Assembly: GCA_044226015.1 (NCBI GenBank)
Contig: JBGAHS010000001.1
Span: 1,248,001-1,312,000, forward strand
DNA length: 64,000 bases
DNA from: Candidatus Obscuribacteraceae bacterium
GTDB taxonomy: Bacteria > Cyanobacteriota > Vampirovibrionia > Obscuribacterales > Obscuribacteraceae
Direction of reading: 5' to 3'
Shown: piece after piece, positions 37,199-47,052 of the stretch
Numbering within the stretch: the stretch's first letter is position 1
How the letters are laid out: every line of letters starts with the position of its first letter
Position numbers and translations under genes: made by a program
The notes under the pieces: model-generated
What the model saw: only the letters and a program-made list of their open reading frames with translations
The model's database searches: none
What the model was told of the DNA's origin: nothing

Positions 37199-38167
37199 GG
37201 AAACATCACCCAATTTTCGTATGATGCACTTTCGCGCGCCACGAAAATCGAGGAGCGCACTGCTGGCAGTGTCACTTCGACGAAGCAACATGTATGGTGT
37301 CGCTCTGAAAGAGTAGAGGAGAGAGACGCAACAGGGTCCTTGAGCACCGGAAAGCAATTCTTGGCTCTGGGACAAAGAAACTTCGTGAGTGGAGTTGGAA
37401 GTAACTACTTCTACACTTTGGATGCTTCACCCGGAAATGTAAGAGAAATGATTGACGCCGCTGGCAGCGTGATTGCGCAGTATAGCTATGATCCCTACGG
37501 AGTCAAAACAAAGATCCAAGGCTCCGGAGACTCAGATTTTCAATACGCCGGATATTACCTGAATTCAAGATCGGCTTTATACGCAACGGCCACACGATTT
37601 TACAATGCGAACGGAGCTAAGTTCATCAATCGAGATTCGATTGGCGAAAACGGCGGTGTAAACCTTTATGGGTACGTGGACAATAACCCAATTTCATCTA
37701 AAGACTCCAGCGGGATGGGCACAATAGCCATGCGGGTGCCACCGCTAATGATTCCTCGTCCCATGCCAGTTCCTAGGTCAAAACCACAAGAACCTCCAGC
37801 ACCAACAAATCCTCATCCAGGTAAGCACAATAACAGCGGGGACGACGAGGACAAAGACAAGGACGACGACAAAGGTGATTGCGATGACGGAGGAGGCGGC
37901 GGCGGTGGTGGTGGCGGCGGTGGTGAGCCAGGAGAGGGCAATCCAGGGTCTTCTGATGATGACGACGTTGTTCGAAAATGTATCTTAAGACAGATCGCCA
38001 AAGCTGCCGGTCAGAGAACCATCGTAAAAATGGTTTACCCCAATAACAAGGGACAACGATGGAACGATGTTAATCAAAATAAGGCTTTTTCGAAAATTGA
38101 TTACAAGCTTCAGGTAAACATTGGGCTATGTCTTCGTGGAATTAACCCTGACGCATTAGGGCAATGA
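37199..38167 (+). CDS. Orphan RHS cassette 12; Pro/Asp/poly-Gly linker plus tip
   Basis: In frame from the site; KFINRDS, DSSG. Confidence 0.85.
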   Translation, partial: GNITQFSYDALSRATKIEERTAGSVTSTKQHVWCRSERVEERDATGSLSTGKQFLALGQRNFVSGVGSNYFYTLDASPGNVREMIDAAGSVIAQYSYDPYGVKTKIQGSGDSDFQYAGYYLNSRSALYATATRFYNANGAKFINRDSIGENGGVNLYGYVDNNPISSKDSSGMGTIAMRVPPLMIPRPMPVPRSKPQEPPAPTNPHPGKHNNSGDDEDKDKDDDKGDCDDGGGGGGGGGGGGEPGEGNPGSSDDDDVVRKCILRQIAKAAGQRTIVKMVYPNNKGQRWNDVNQNKAFSKIDYKLQVNIGLCLRGINPDALGQ

Positions 38168-38839
38168 ACTCTGTTCCGTCAATAGTGGGGTTATTCTAAA
38201 TTCCCATGCTCTCGATGCTTCGTCCGAACCAATGGAAAAGTCAACAAGGTCAACCTCATCACCGTATTTTCTAATTGCGGCAAGAGCCTCTTCTATGTTC
38301 GTTCTAGGAATGAAGTATCGAATTGTGGAAGCTCCAATCAAACAGCTCTCTGCATCCAGCACCAAATCTATCGTGCTTTCATTTGCTTCGCCTTTTACTT
38401 GTTCAAGTGTAGAACCGCACGGACTCATCACGTTTATCATTGAATACAGCTTGAGTAAGGAGCTATCTTCGTTTAGATATGGCGCGAGAAGCAATCGAGG
38501 AATTAATTCTGCTGCACCGCAGTGAACTCTTGCGTAGGATAGTGCTTGGTCAATTGGAACCATCACTTCTTCGACAGGGGTCCACAAGTGGCACCGCCCA
38601 TCTGCAAAGGATAGTTCCATAGCGCGCAAGTATTCTTTCTTTGTAGGACCTCGATACTCTTCATCAGAACTCTCCATTTTGAAGGAGATGCGATTTAGTT
38701 CTCTTTGAAAATTAATGACGTACTTGCTTTTTGTTTCTAGTCCTGCATGAAAGGAATGAACCAATCCTGATTCTTTGAATCTAAAAAAGGACGCGTAGTT
38801 CTTGACCAAGCTGTCGAAGATACCTTCTCTTAAGTGCAT
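38156..38839 (-). CDS. Hypothetical protein convergent with cassette 12
   Basis: 227 aa; 3' ends overlap by 12 bp; paralog of 16780-17274. Confidence 0.65.
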   Translation of the reverse strand: MHLREGIFDSLVKNYASFFRFKESGLVHSFHAGLETKSKYVINFQRELNRISFKMESSDEEYRGPTKKEYLRAMELSFADGRCHLWTPVEEVMVPIDQALSYARVHCGAAELIPRLLLAPYLNEDSSLLKLYSMINVMSPCGSTLEQVKGEANESTIDLVLDAESCLIGASTIRYFIPRTNIEEALAAIRKYGDEVDLVDFSIGSDEASRAWEFRITPLLTEQSSLP

Positions 38840-39386
38840 GTTGTTTCACCGATTTCTGTAAGAAGTACATCGTCTGCGACCTTCAAACGACTCTTGTCTT
38901 TGGTTGAGCGTGTTGGCACTCTCTTGCATGCTTGTGTTATGCCCCGCATTCAATTTAGTTGAACGCTTGACTCGGGTGGAACTTATTTTGAGAGACTCAC
39001 CTGGCTCAAAAAGGCAAGGATAAAGCAATATTTTTGATCTTGTTTCTCTGGATCTGTTGACGCATGTTTGCCTGCGTGTGCTCTTCCGGCTATGCCCCTG
39101 TTGAGAGCTCTGTTCTCAGGCAACTACTATTGGGTAGTGTGTAAAAAGTAAAAGACTGCATGAAGACAAACAATTGTCCAAGTCTGCATTAGTGGGATAT
39201 GATTCAACTTTGACGCTCAGGTGATAAACATGTTTAAGATCAGGCGCTGGCAGTATTGGTGAGGGAGGACATGTTAATGTAAGTGTTCTGCTTACTCGAA
39301 GTCGGCAAAAAATCGTTGCGCCGAGTGATTGCACCGAGGAGGAAAAAGTCAAATTCAAAAGGCTGTAGATTCGATTACGCAATCAA

Positions 39387-39660
39387 TCAAGCAACAGGTT
39401 CTTGATGAAATTTACTCACTTCATCCTCAATAATATCCTCGGACTGCTCTAAGCGGCGGCTTAGCATTGCGACTTCCGCATTCAATCGCTTGATCTTTTT
39501 CGCTTCAGCACTCTCCTTCGGTCCACGCTTTCTCGGCTCCAGGGACCTCTGTGCTCGATCAGCTCGCCGCTTCTGCAAAGTGGCAGCGTAAGTTTTGGAG
39601 AGCGCGGAAAAGCTCAACCATCTCCTGTGTTGCTCCAAGATGCAACGGCATTCGAATTTC
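39387..39660 (-). mobile_element. IS3-family OrfA-like remnant
   Basis: LEPRKRGPK..KIKRLNAEVAMLSRRLEQSEDIIE coiled coil; degraded. Confidence 0.5.
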
Positions 39661-39830
39661 CTTTCTAAGCTTTAGAAGATTCTCCTTGAGTCTGGCTAAT
39701 GGCGTCTCAAGTTTCTTACAGCCAAAATCGCAAAACGGAATTTAAAGAGCCTCAATTAATCGTCTAAAGAACTTCAGAATACTCTAGCCCAGAGTATTTA
39801 ACAACCTCTGAAATCCATTCAAATTGCACC

Positions 39831-40817
39831 GGGAAAAACACCCAATTTTCGTATGATGCACTTTCGCGCGCCACGAAAATCGAAGAGCGCGCTGCTGGCA
39901 GTGTCACTTCGACGAAGCAACATGTATGGTGTGGAACGGCTAGATGTGAAGAAAGAGATGCGTCGGGAAGCTTGAGCAATGGCAAGCAATTCTTCTCAAC
40001 AGGACAAGCTAACTTAAGTGGTGGCACTCCGACAAAGTTCTATTACAACCGAGACCACCTCGGCTCCATACGGGAGCTAACTGATTCAACTGGAGCCATT
40101 AAGACAAGATACTCTTTTGACCCTTATGGTCAGGTTGCAGAGACATTTGTGGCAGGCAGCATCTCGGCTGACATGCAGTATGATGGGTATTATGTGCATG
40201 GAAGAAGTGGACTCAATATGCCGGTCTACAGGGCTTATAATGCTGCTCTTGGTAGATTCTTCAATAGAGATCCCATCGACGAAAAAGGCGGTTTGAACTT
40301 GTTTGCTTACACGCTGAGCAACCCTGTAGGATTTACAGACCCTTTGGGATTGGAATGCCCAAAAGGACCACTAGTAGACGCTATCGTCAAAAAATTCGAA
40401 ATGGCTAAAGCCTTGCAAAAGAAAACGTCCATGGGCGGACTTGAAACTGGTGGCATAGGTGTATGGAACAATGGCAAGTTTACTACCTTTAAATGGGGAA
40501 CACCAACAACCTCATCGTCTTTCATCCTGGATACGTTTCCCGGCATGACTGATGTAATTCAAAATCATTTAAAAGTGCCTCCTTTGACTGATGCTGATTT
40601 AGAGAACAACCCTTCCATGACCGCAATGGAAGATGTTCAAAAGTCCGTTGATAATTCGAGCCGTTTGTGGACATTAGGATCTGATGGCGATATTACGATG
40701 TACAATGGAACCACTCATACGGGACAATGTACTGTACAAACTTGTATTTACGATAGTGCAGGTAATTTTAAACGCGAGTGCAAAGCCGATTGCACTAAAA
40801 TGGGCAGTGCTCATTAG
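39831..40817 (+). CDS. Orphan RHS cassette 13; possible JAB/MPN-like tip
   Basis: DHLGS, RFFNRDP, DPLG. Tip ETGG..IQNH..PS...ED is a degenerate JAB pattern. Confidence 0.82.
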   Translation, partial: GKNTQFSYDALSRATKIEERAAGSVTSTKQHVWCGTARCEERDASGSLSNGKQFFSTGQANLSGGTPTKFYYNRDHLGSIRELTDSTGAIKTRYSFDPYGQVAETFVAGSISADMQYDGYYVHGRSGLNMPVYRAYNAALGRFFNRDPIDEKGGLNLFAYTLSNPVGFTDPLGLECPKGPLVDAIVKKFEMAKALQKKTSMGGLETGGIGVWNNGKFTTFKWGTPTTSSSFILDTFPGMTDVIQNHLKVPPLTDADLENNPSMTAMEDVQKSVDNSSRLWTLGSDGDITMYNGTTHTGQCTVQTCIYDSAGNFKRECKADCTKMGSAH

Positions 40818-41278
40818 ATTTGTCCGTCGTGAATAATCTCGATGCCCTTTATCCAATCATGTTTTCCTATAATTAGGACGCGCCTAAAGCCCAGCCTTTT
40901 CAGAAAATCAAGAATGCTTTCTTGATTCTGATTAAATAACTCCAGGGCAAAATTTACTTCGACAACAATGATGTTTCTCGAAGAAGAATTGTTTTCTATC
41001 AATTCAAGAATTTGCTGTCTGCGATAACAATTTACACTGTTGCCATTTTTCATAGGTCCTAGAGGGGTGCTGTTACCTAGTAATTCCCTATAGCAATCAA
41101 TTCCAAAAAAGCTAAAGCGGCGGTCTGCTACCGCTTGAACTCTAACCACCTCTTTTATTGATTTTTTGTCTTTGTGATAACCAACAGTAATTAAACTCTC
41201 TGGGCGAGAGGCAATTGCACTGTTTGGAAAAATAAATTGAGATATACAGTAGAACAATAAAATTACAAGCAATTTCAT
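40814..41278 (-). CDS. Exported protein convergent with cassette 13
   Basis: Signal peptide MKLLVILLFY..AIA; stop codons overlap by 4 bp. Confidence 0.6.
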   Translation of the reverse strand: MKLLVILLFYCISQFIFPNSAIASRPESLITVGYHKDKKSIKEVVRVQAVADRRFSFFGIDCYRELLGNSTPLGPMKNGNSVNCYRRQQILELIENNSSSRNIIVVEVNFALELFNQNQESILDFLKRLGFRRVLIIGKHDWIKGIEIIHDGQI

Positions 41279-41764
41279 TATTGAAAATTCCTACCAATTA
41301 CACTAATCCTCAACCAAAGAGCTCTGTCTGGTTCCACTAAATTTGGTCTCCTTATATTATAGAACCGAACCATCCTGTGTCCGTAAAATAGTGACGTATA
41401 TGATGGCAAAAACGAAAAACTTGGCTTGCTGAAGTTGGCTTGATTTGGTTTGTTGAAAGCGAATCTCCCTCTGTGCCAATAAAACTTGAGATACTTACCA
41501 CACAGAATTTTGAGTAGCGAAAAACTTGAAGAAGCACTTTAAATTGATTGAGGAAGAGAATTGTTCTTTGAATAACTATTCAAACCTAGCCGAACTGGTC
41601 AAGAACTTCTGTGAGTTGCTTTGTTCTCTCCATGATCCCTAAATAAAATTCGAAAATGGCGGTGCCACCGGAAGGCGTTGAGATGCTCAGCATGAGTTCT
41701 CTTTCCAGTTTTTTTTCAACCGTAAAAGGAATGTTCTTGAGCCACTGCCTTAGGAGGACATATT

Positions 41765-44700
41765 CTAGTCGAGTGAGTTTATCCAGAAATCGCGACCCCA
41801 GAGGCGCGTCATTTTAGCGTCTTTGCCTTCAAGGTCCTGAATGTATTTTTCGGATCGAAGCAGTTGCTTCTCATCACCCAGCACCATGTAAAAGCCGTTC
41901 TTTAGCTGTGAAGATTTTGTGCCGAGCCCAGGTAGAATTTTTCCGTACTCGATGGGCAAAGCTTCTTGCAATTGATTCAGGATGTCCGATTTCTTGCGCA
42001 AGTCGAGCAGCGACTGGCGGAATTTTCGAATAATCTCAGGCGTGATTCCATCAGCTATGTCATCAGACATCTTCTCGGCTCGCGTTTCGAATGACATGCA
42101 CGCTCGTGATCTCATGTTCTGTGAAATCGCAGTGTCTAGAAGTTTTCTGCTTATCTTTGCCTTCTTAACCTCATTTGCTGTGAACTTATAGAGGTCTGGA
42201 ACTGAAGGTATTTTGTCTGCGTGATACATTATGTTCTTTGCTGGTGACCATAGAGAACCATTGCTGTAGGCTAATCCTGCTGCCCATGTTCTGTTGAATA
42301 GACTTTCCGAACCGCTTCCACTTAGAGTGTTGATTGCCAGTCCATTCACCAGCGATTGTTCTCTGACATCTTCATAAGATGTGGTATCCGCGCAGTTCGC
42401 AACCATTCCTTGTTGCAGATTTGGGTAAACGAAGCCCACGAGTGTCGAGGAGCCTGCGAAGCCAGATCGCTCTTTTACTCGCTGTAGGATCAGGTCTTCC
42501 TTTGCATAGTTTTGTTTGGTGAAGGCATTAGAATTCAGGTGAAATACAAGATTGTCGATATCCTCTTTTAATGCGTCTTGTGTTTGATGTGAACCCACTA
42601 CCGAGAGTCGCGCTCCACTTCGGCAGAGAAGCAGCTGTCTCAATTCATGCAGTTTTCTCAAGGTGTCATCAGGATTTGCCTGCAAGTCTGCGCTCAGCTC
42701 TGCACAAAGAGTTTTTACGTCTTTAGTCAATGCTTCATCTGGAACATCATCAAGATCCATCATGAGGTCAAAGGCGGCGTCGCTGACGATATTTCTTGTT
42801 TGATTGTCTAGTGCGTCGAAAGCTTTTGCGAGCCGCTCGATTTTCTCGGGTTGACTCGCCTTATGTTCAATCTTCTTGTTGCTCAGGTCTGACACAATAG
42901 ATTTGATTTCTGCTCTGCTTAGGTCGTTGCAACTCTCGCCTAGCTGATTCATGAAATTTGAGAACGCTTCTTTTATCGATTTTGGTGCATAGCTCTTCAG
43001 TCGCCACTTCACGCGTTGAATGTTATGTGCGCAGGTCAGGAAGCATCTCGTGTTTAGATTTAGTGCTTGCTGATATCGATATGCTGCAGACACACCATAT
43101 TCCCAGCTGTTTTCGTGAGAACTGTTTCGGACTGCTCGGTAGCTTGAAACTTCTTGCTCTAACAAGTCTTGTATTCTGGCAAGATTTTTTGAACTCCAGT
43201 TTGGCTGATGCAGTAAGCGCTCGATCCACTTAACTGCGCTTTTCGATTCTTCAGCCGTTGTACCGCCAGCATTGAGCTTGAGCTCGTACCTGTTATCGTA
43301 GGGGTTGGTGTCGAGGTATGCACTCAAATAATAAATTTCATTCTTTCGAAGCTGCTCCGCCTCGTCTGCCGTATATGCGCGGTCGCCATCGATGAACCCT
43401 GTTTTCGTTAGCAAAGCTGGTAGCAGTGCTACATAGATGAGGTCTTCTTCTGGAATGGAGTCGAGCCTGAGCGCTAAAACCGTTGACCCCGAATTTACAT
43501 TGTCGAAGTACGAGCGCACAATTGGCACAGAATCTAATATGCGGTCGTTAGTAAATTTGAGTTGATCGTCTTTGCTTAACGGCGGCGCATCGACCAGTTT
43601 GATGTCGTCTGAATTTATTTGCGAACTGTCAAGGTCTTTTGTGACTCTGTCATAGTCGTCTTTGTACCGAGTCAGCGCGAGCTGCTCGTCCTCAGTTTTA
43701 TAGACTTGCATGAGGCGTTTGGTCTCGACTGCAATTCTCTCTTTGGTTTCACGTTCGATTTGAGGCGCTGCAGATGAGTCTGGCACCGTGCCGAACACGC
43801 AAGGGTTTGTGGAAAGTAGACCCCATTTCGAGAGGTAGTCTGTCCAAATGTTCTTGTCTAATTTTAGCTCTGCAGCAATGTCTGAAAATTCTTGCTTGGA
43901 AGTCAGATTGCGTTTAAAGCCACCACGTCTTTCCAGATCGATGAATTCATTCATGAGAGTCGCACTTATGTTGCGCTCACCGAAAGGCGGCGGAGTATTT
44001 ACCATTTTTCGGTAATATCGTTGATTCTCAATGAGGCTTGCTTTTACTCTATTGTTGAATGCAAGCAATTCTGCATCGCTCGGTTTCCAATTTGCTATTT
44101 TCAGGAACTCATCCTTAATCACATTTCTGTAGCGACTGAGATCTTCCCGGTTCATATGATATTGATCAATGTCGTAAATCGAAATGTAAATCGGGTTTCC
44201 AATTAGCGCATCGGTCCAGCCTCCACACCCGGTAGCGCCACTATTGACTCTTGCAGTTTTACTATCGACGAACATTTTGTAGAGAGGCGAGCCAGGACCA
44301 GACGCAAAAGCCGAGAGAAAGAGGTCGAGTAAGATGGCTTCTTTCTCGCTGAGATTCAACGTAGAGGGCCAGACAAATTCGATAAGTCCTGATTGTCTGT
44401 CATTCTTTTCGGGCCATTTGATGAATTCGATGTCGCCGTCTTTCCAGGTTTTTGCTGGCGGGAAGACTGGTATATCGTTGTTTGCATCCTTAGCTTGCAA
44501 GGCAAGATTGCTGCCCTTTTCCTGGTTCAGGCTGAGCAAAGATTTGTTTAGCTGAGAGAGGCATTCTGCCAGAGAAAGCTCTGATGGAACAGCTTCAATC
44601 ATTCCCATATTGCTGAGAAGGTAATGACTTTTATGAAAGGCTCTTATTTGTTCTACGCTAAGCTGCCTGATTCCTTCAGGAGAGCCTCCGGCAACCGCCG

Positions 44701-45658
44701 AAAGTGGGTGATTTGGACCGTATAGCACTTCTGTCATTCGTTCCCAGAGCACATTCATTTGCCGCTGAGAGGTGCTCATCATTTCGTTGTAAACCGTGCC
44801 GCCCTCTTCCAGTGACAGTTTTCCACTGCTGTCTTTTCTTACCTGGAAATTTCGGACTTCGCGACGAATCTCCTCGTCTTGATAGTCGGGGTTCAAGAGC
44901 AGATCCAAATATTCGTGCACTGTATTGTGGAAGGTACTCGGCTTTGCAGATGTGTTGAAGTGATAGTAAGTTCGCCACTGGTCAGTCGCTGCGCTTTCCC
45001 TGACCAGCATGAGGTCTGATTGGCTGCCATGTCGCCGCGCCTTATTTCCTTTTCCGAGCAATAGATGTTCTTGCGTGTGAGGTGCGCCACTCTTATCGGT
45101 GACGATTGTATTCACCCAGAAGAAAGCCTGTGGCGCTGTTTCGATGCGCAAAAAGTCCAGAGTAAAGCCAGTTTTGATGTGTCGAAATCGAGCACCGACA
45201 ACCTTTTCGGAGTCGTTCAAATAAACGGCTCGGGGTTGGAATCCGTTGAGGACTTGATTCTCTTGCAAATTTTGCAGCGTTTTATCATCGTCAGCTGTGT
45301 CTGACAATTCCGTTTTTGACGCACTTTCTTTTGCAGACTTTATCGCTTTCTTGTAACGGTGTTTGTAAGACTCCGCAACTCGCTGTTCCTTTGAATTGCC
45401 AGCACCTGTGTTGTTTTCATCCAGCGGTACAAATGTATCGCGTTTCGTTTCTGAGGCGATTACCTCGTGTTCAGCAGCGCTTTGTCCCCGGATTTGCGCT
45501 TCCTCTAGTTGAGCTGATGCGTCTTGTGCATATGTAGCTAGTTGGAGGCTCTGGCTTAAAAGCAGAGCGCTGTAAAACACCGAAAGTGCTTTTCGTTTTT
45601 GTCTTTCAATCACTATCACAACTCGCAGCTCGGTGGATCTAGTGCAGCAATCCAGCAA
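41765..45658 (-). CDS. M16 (insulinase/PreP-like) zinc metallopeptidase, probably exported
   Basis: HTQEH inverted zinc motif, GTVYNEM. True start is probably a few codons downstream. Confidence 0.88.
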   Translation of the reverse strand: MLDCCTRSTELRVVIVIERQKRKALSVFYSALLLSQSLQLATYAQDASAQLEEAQIRGQSAAEHEVIASETKRDTFVPLDENNTGAGNSKEQRVAESYKHRYKKAIKSAKESASKTELSDTADDDKTLQNLQENQVLNGFQPRAVYLNDSEKVVGARFRHIKTGFTLDFLRIETAPQAFFWVNTIVTDKSGAPHTQEHLLLGKGNKARRHGSQSDLMLVRESAATDQWRTYYHFNTSAKPSTFHNTVHEYLDLLLNPDYQDEEIRREVRNFQVRKDSSGKLSLEEGGTVYNEMMSTSQRQMNVLWERMTEVLYGPNHPLSAVAGGSPEGIRQLSVEQIRAFHKSHYLLSNMGMIEAVPSELSLAECLSQLNKSLLSLNQEKGSNLALQAKDANNDIPVFPPAKTWKDGDIEFIKWPEKNDRQSGLIEFVWPSTLNLSEKEAILLDLFLSAFASGPGSPLYKMFVDSKTARVNSGATGCGGWTDALIGNPIYISIYDIDQYHMNREDLSRYRNVIKDEFLKIANWKPSDAELLAFNNRVKASLIENQRYYRKMVNTPPPFGERNISATLMNEFIDLERRGGFKRNLTSKQEFSDIAAELKLDKNIWTDYLSKWGLLSTNPCVFGTVPDSSAAPQIERETKERIAVETKRLMQVYKTEDEQLALTRYKDDYDRVTKDLDSSQINSDDIKLVDAPPLSKDDQLKFTNDRILDSVPIVRSYFDNVNSGSTVLALRLDSIPEEDLIYVALLPALLTKTGFIDGDRAYTADEAEQLRKNEIYYLSAYLDTNPYDNRYELKLNAGGTTAEESKSAVKWIERLLHQPNWSSKNLARIQDLLEQEVSSYRAVRNSSHENSWEYGVSAAYRYQQALNLNTRCFLTCAHNIQRVKWRLKSYAPKSIKEAFSNFMNQLGESCNDLSRAEIKSIVSDLSNKKIEHKASQPEKIERLAKAFDALDNQTRNIVSDAAFDLMMDLDDVPDEALTKDVKTLCAELSADLQANPDDTLRKLHELRQLLLCRSGARLSVVGSHQTQDALKEDIDNLVFHLNSNAFTKQNYAKEDLILQRVKERSGFAGSSTLVGFVYPNLQQGMVANCADTTSYEDVREQSLVNGLAINTLSGSGSESLFNRTWAAGLAYSNGSLWSPAKNIMYHADKIPSVPDLYKFTANEVKKAKISRKLLDTAISQNMRSRACMSFETRAEKMSDDIADGITPEIIRKFRQSLLDLRKKSDILNQLQEALPIEYGKILPGLGTKSSQLKNGFYMVLGDEKQLLRSEKYIQDLEGKDAKMTRLWGRDFWINSLD

Positions 45659-46952
45659 TTGCTGCAGAGAGATAGCTGGCCATCGTGCCGCAGATGAGAG
45701 CCTTTACTCCCAATCGAGCCAGGTCGGCTCTTCTTGATGGTGCGATCTCCCCAATGCCACCAACCTGAATTGCAATAGAGCTGAGGTTAGCAAATCCACA
45801 AAGAGCAAAAGTCGCAATTGCTTCGGCTTGTGGACTCAATTTCGCTACACCGGTAGTTGCGGCATCTTTTATCATGGCTGAAAGGTCAGTGTAAGCAACA
45901 AATTCATTGAGCACAATCTTCTGACCCATTAGCTTTCCTACTATTGGTGCATCAGCCCATGGTACCCCGAGCATCCAGGCTATTGGTGCGAAGGCCAGAC
46001 CGAAAACGTCGAAAAGTTTCAAGTTGTCTAGATGTATTCCGATTGAAGTAAGATTTAACCCGGCTTTGAAAAGTAGTAAACCGAAAAAGCCCAGTACTTT
46101 GTCCGTTAGTGCAATTAACGCAATAAATGCAATTAGCATGGCCACTACGTTTAAGCCAATGCGTAATCCATCTGACGCACCATGGGCGGCGGCATCAATT
46201 AGATTTGCATTTGTCTTTTCTACGTGTACCTGAACTTTTCCTTTTGTCTGAGACTCTTCTGTTTCAGGATAAACAATTTTCGAAATGACGAGAGCGCCGG
46301 GCGCCGCCATGATACTCGCTGTGAGGAGGTAGGAAGCTTGAATGCCCATTCCTATGTATACTGCCAACACACCACCTGCAACACAAGCCATAGAGCCGGC
46401 CATGGATGCAAGCAATTCCGATTTTGTCATGGAAGGTACATAGGGTTTGATCAGTAGTTGAGCTTCTACCTGACCCACGAAAACTGATGCGGCGTTTGAG
46501 AGCGCTTCTGCTCCGCTGGCTCCCATAATAAAAGCGACGACCTTAGCAACAATTTGCACGACCTTCTGCATCAAGCCGAGATAGTAAGAGATGCTCACCA
46601 GGCTTGATACAAAGATGATTGTTGGAACGACGCGGAAAGCAAAGATGTAGTTGGCTCCGGGTCCGAAGAGTTCGACCAGTTTGTCTGGTTTTGTCACCAG
46701 AGGTCCAAAGACGAATCCTGCACCCTCATCAGAGAAGTGCAAAAGTTGCGTGATGAAGTCACCGACGTTTCTGAAAATTTCCTGCCCAATTGGTATTTTC
46801 AAAACGAAAATCGCAAGGCAAAGTTGAAGAACTATGCCACTTCCTACAAGGCGTAGATTGATAGCTTTGCGATTGTTCGACATCAAAAACGCAAGACCAA
46901 AAATCGCTGCAATACCGAGTAAACCGACGAGCCTTGACGGTTCGAAGTGCAT
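45639..46952 (-). CDS. nupC: NupC/CNT-family nucleoside transporter
   Basis: FVGQVEA, NEFVAY, FALCGFAN motifs. Confidence 0.93.
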   Translation of the reverse strand: MHFEPSRLVGLLGIAAIFGLAFLMSNNRKAINLRLVGSGIVLQLCLAIFVLKIPIGQEIFRNVGDFITQLLHFSDEGAGFVFGPLVTKPDKLVELFGPGANYIFAFRVVPTIIFVSSLVSISYYLGLMQKVVQIVAKVVAFIMGASGAEALSNAASVFVGQVEAQLLIKPYVPSMTKSELLASMAGSMACVAGGVLAVYIGMGIQASYLLTASIMAAPGALVISKIVYPETEESQTKGKVQVHVEKTNANLIDAAAHGASDGLRIGLNVVAMLIAFIALIALTDKVLGFFGLLLFKAGLNLTSIGIHLDNLKLFDVFGLAFAPIAWMLGVPWADAPIVGKLMGQKIVLNEFVAYTDLSAMIKDAATTGVAKLSPQAEAIATFALCGFANLSSIAIQVGGIGEIAPSRRADLARLGVKALICGTMASYLSAAIAGLLH

Positions 46953-47052
46953 TAGCTATCTCCTTTTGGGTGACGGTCAAAAAATAAATAAGCAAGCCCA
47001 GGACAGTATTTGTCGTTGCTCTGGAAATGAATTTCTAAATTGCTGGCAATCA

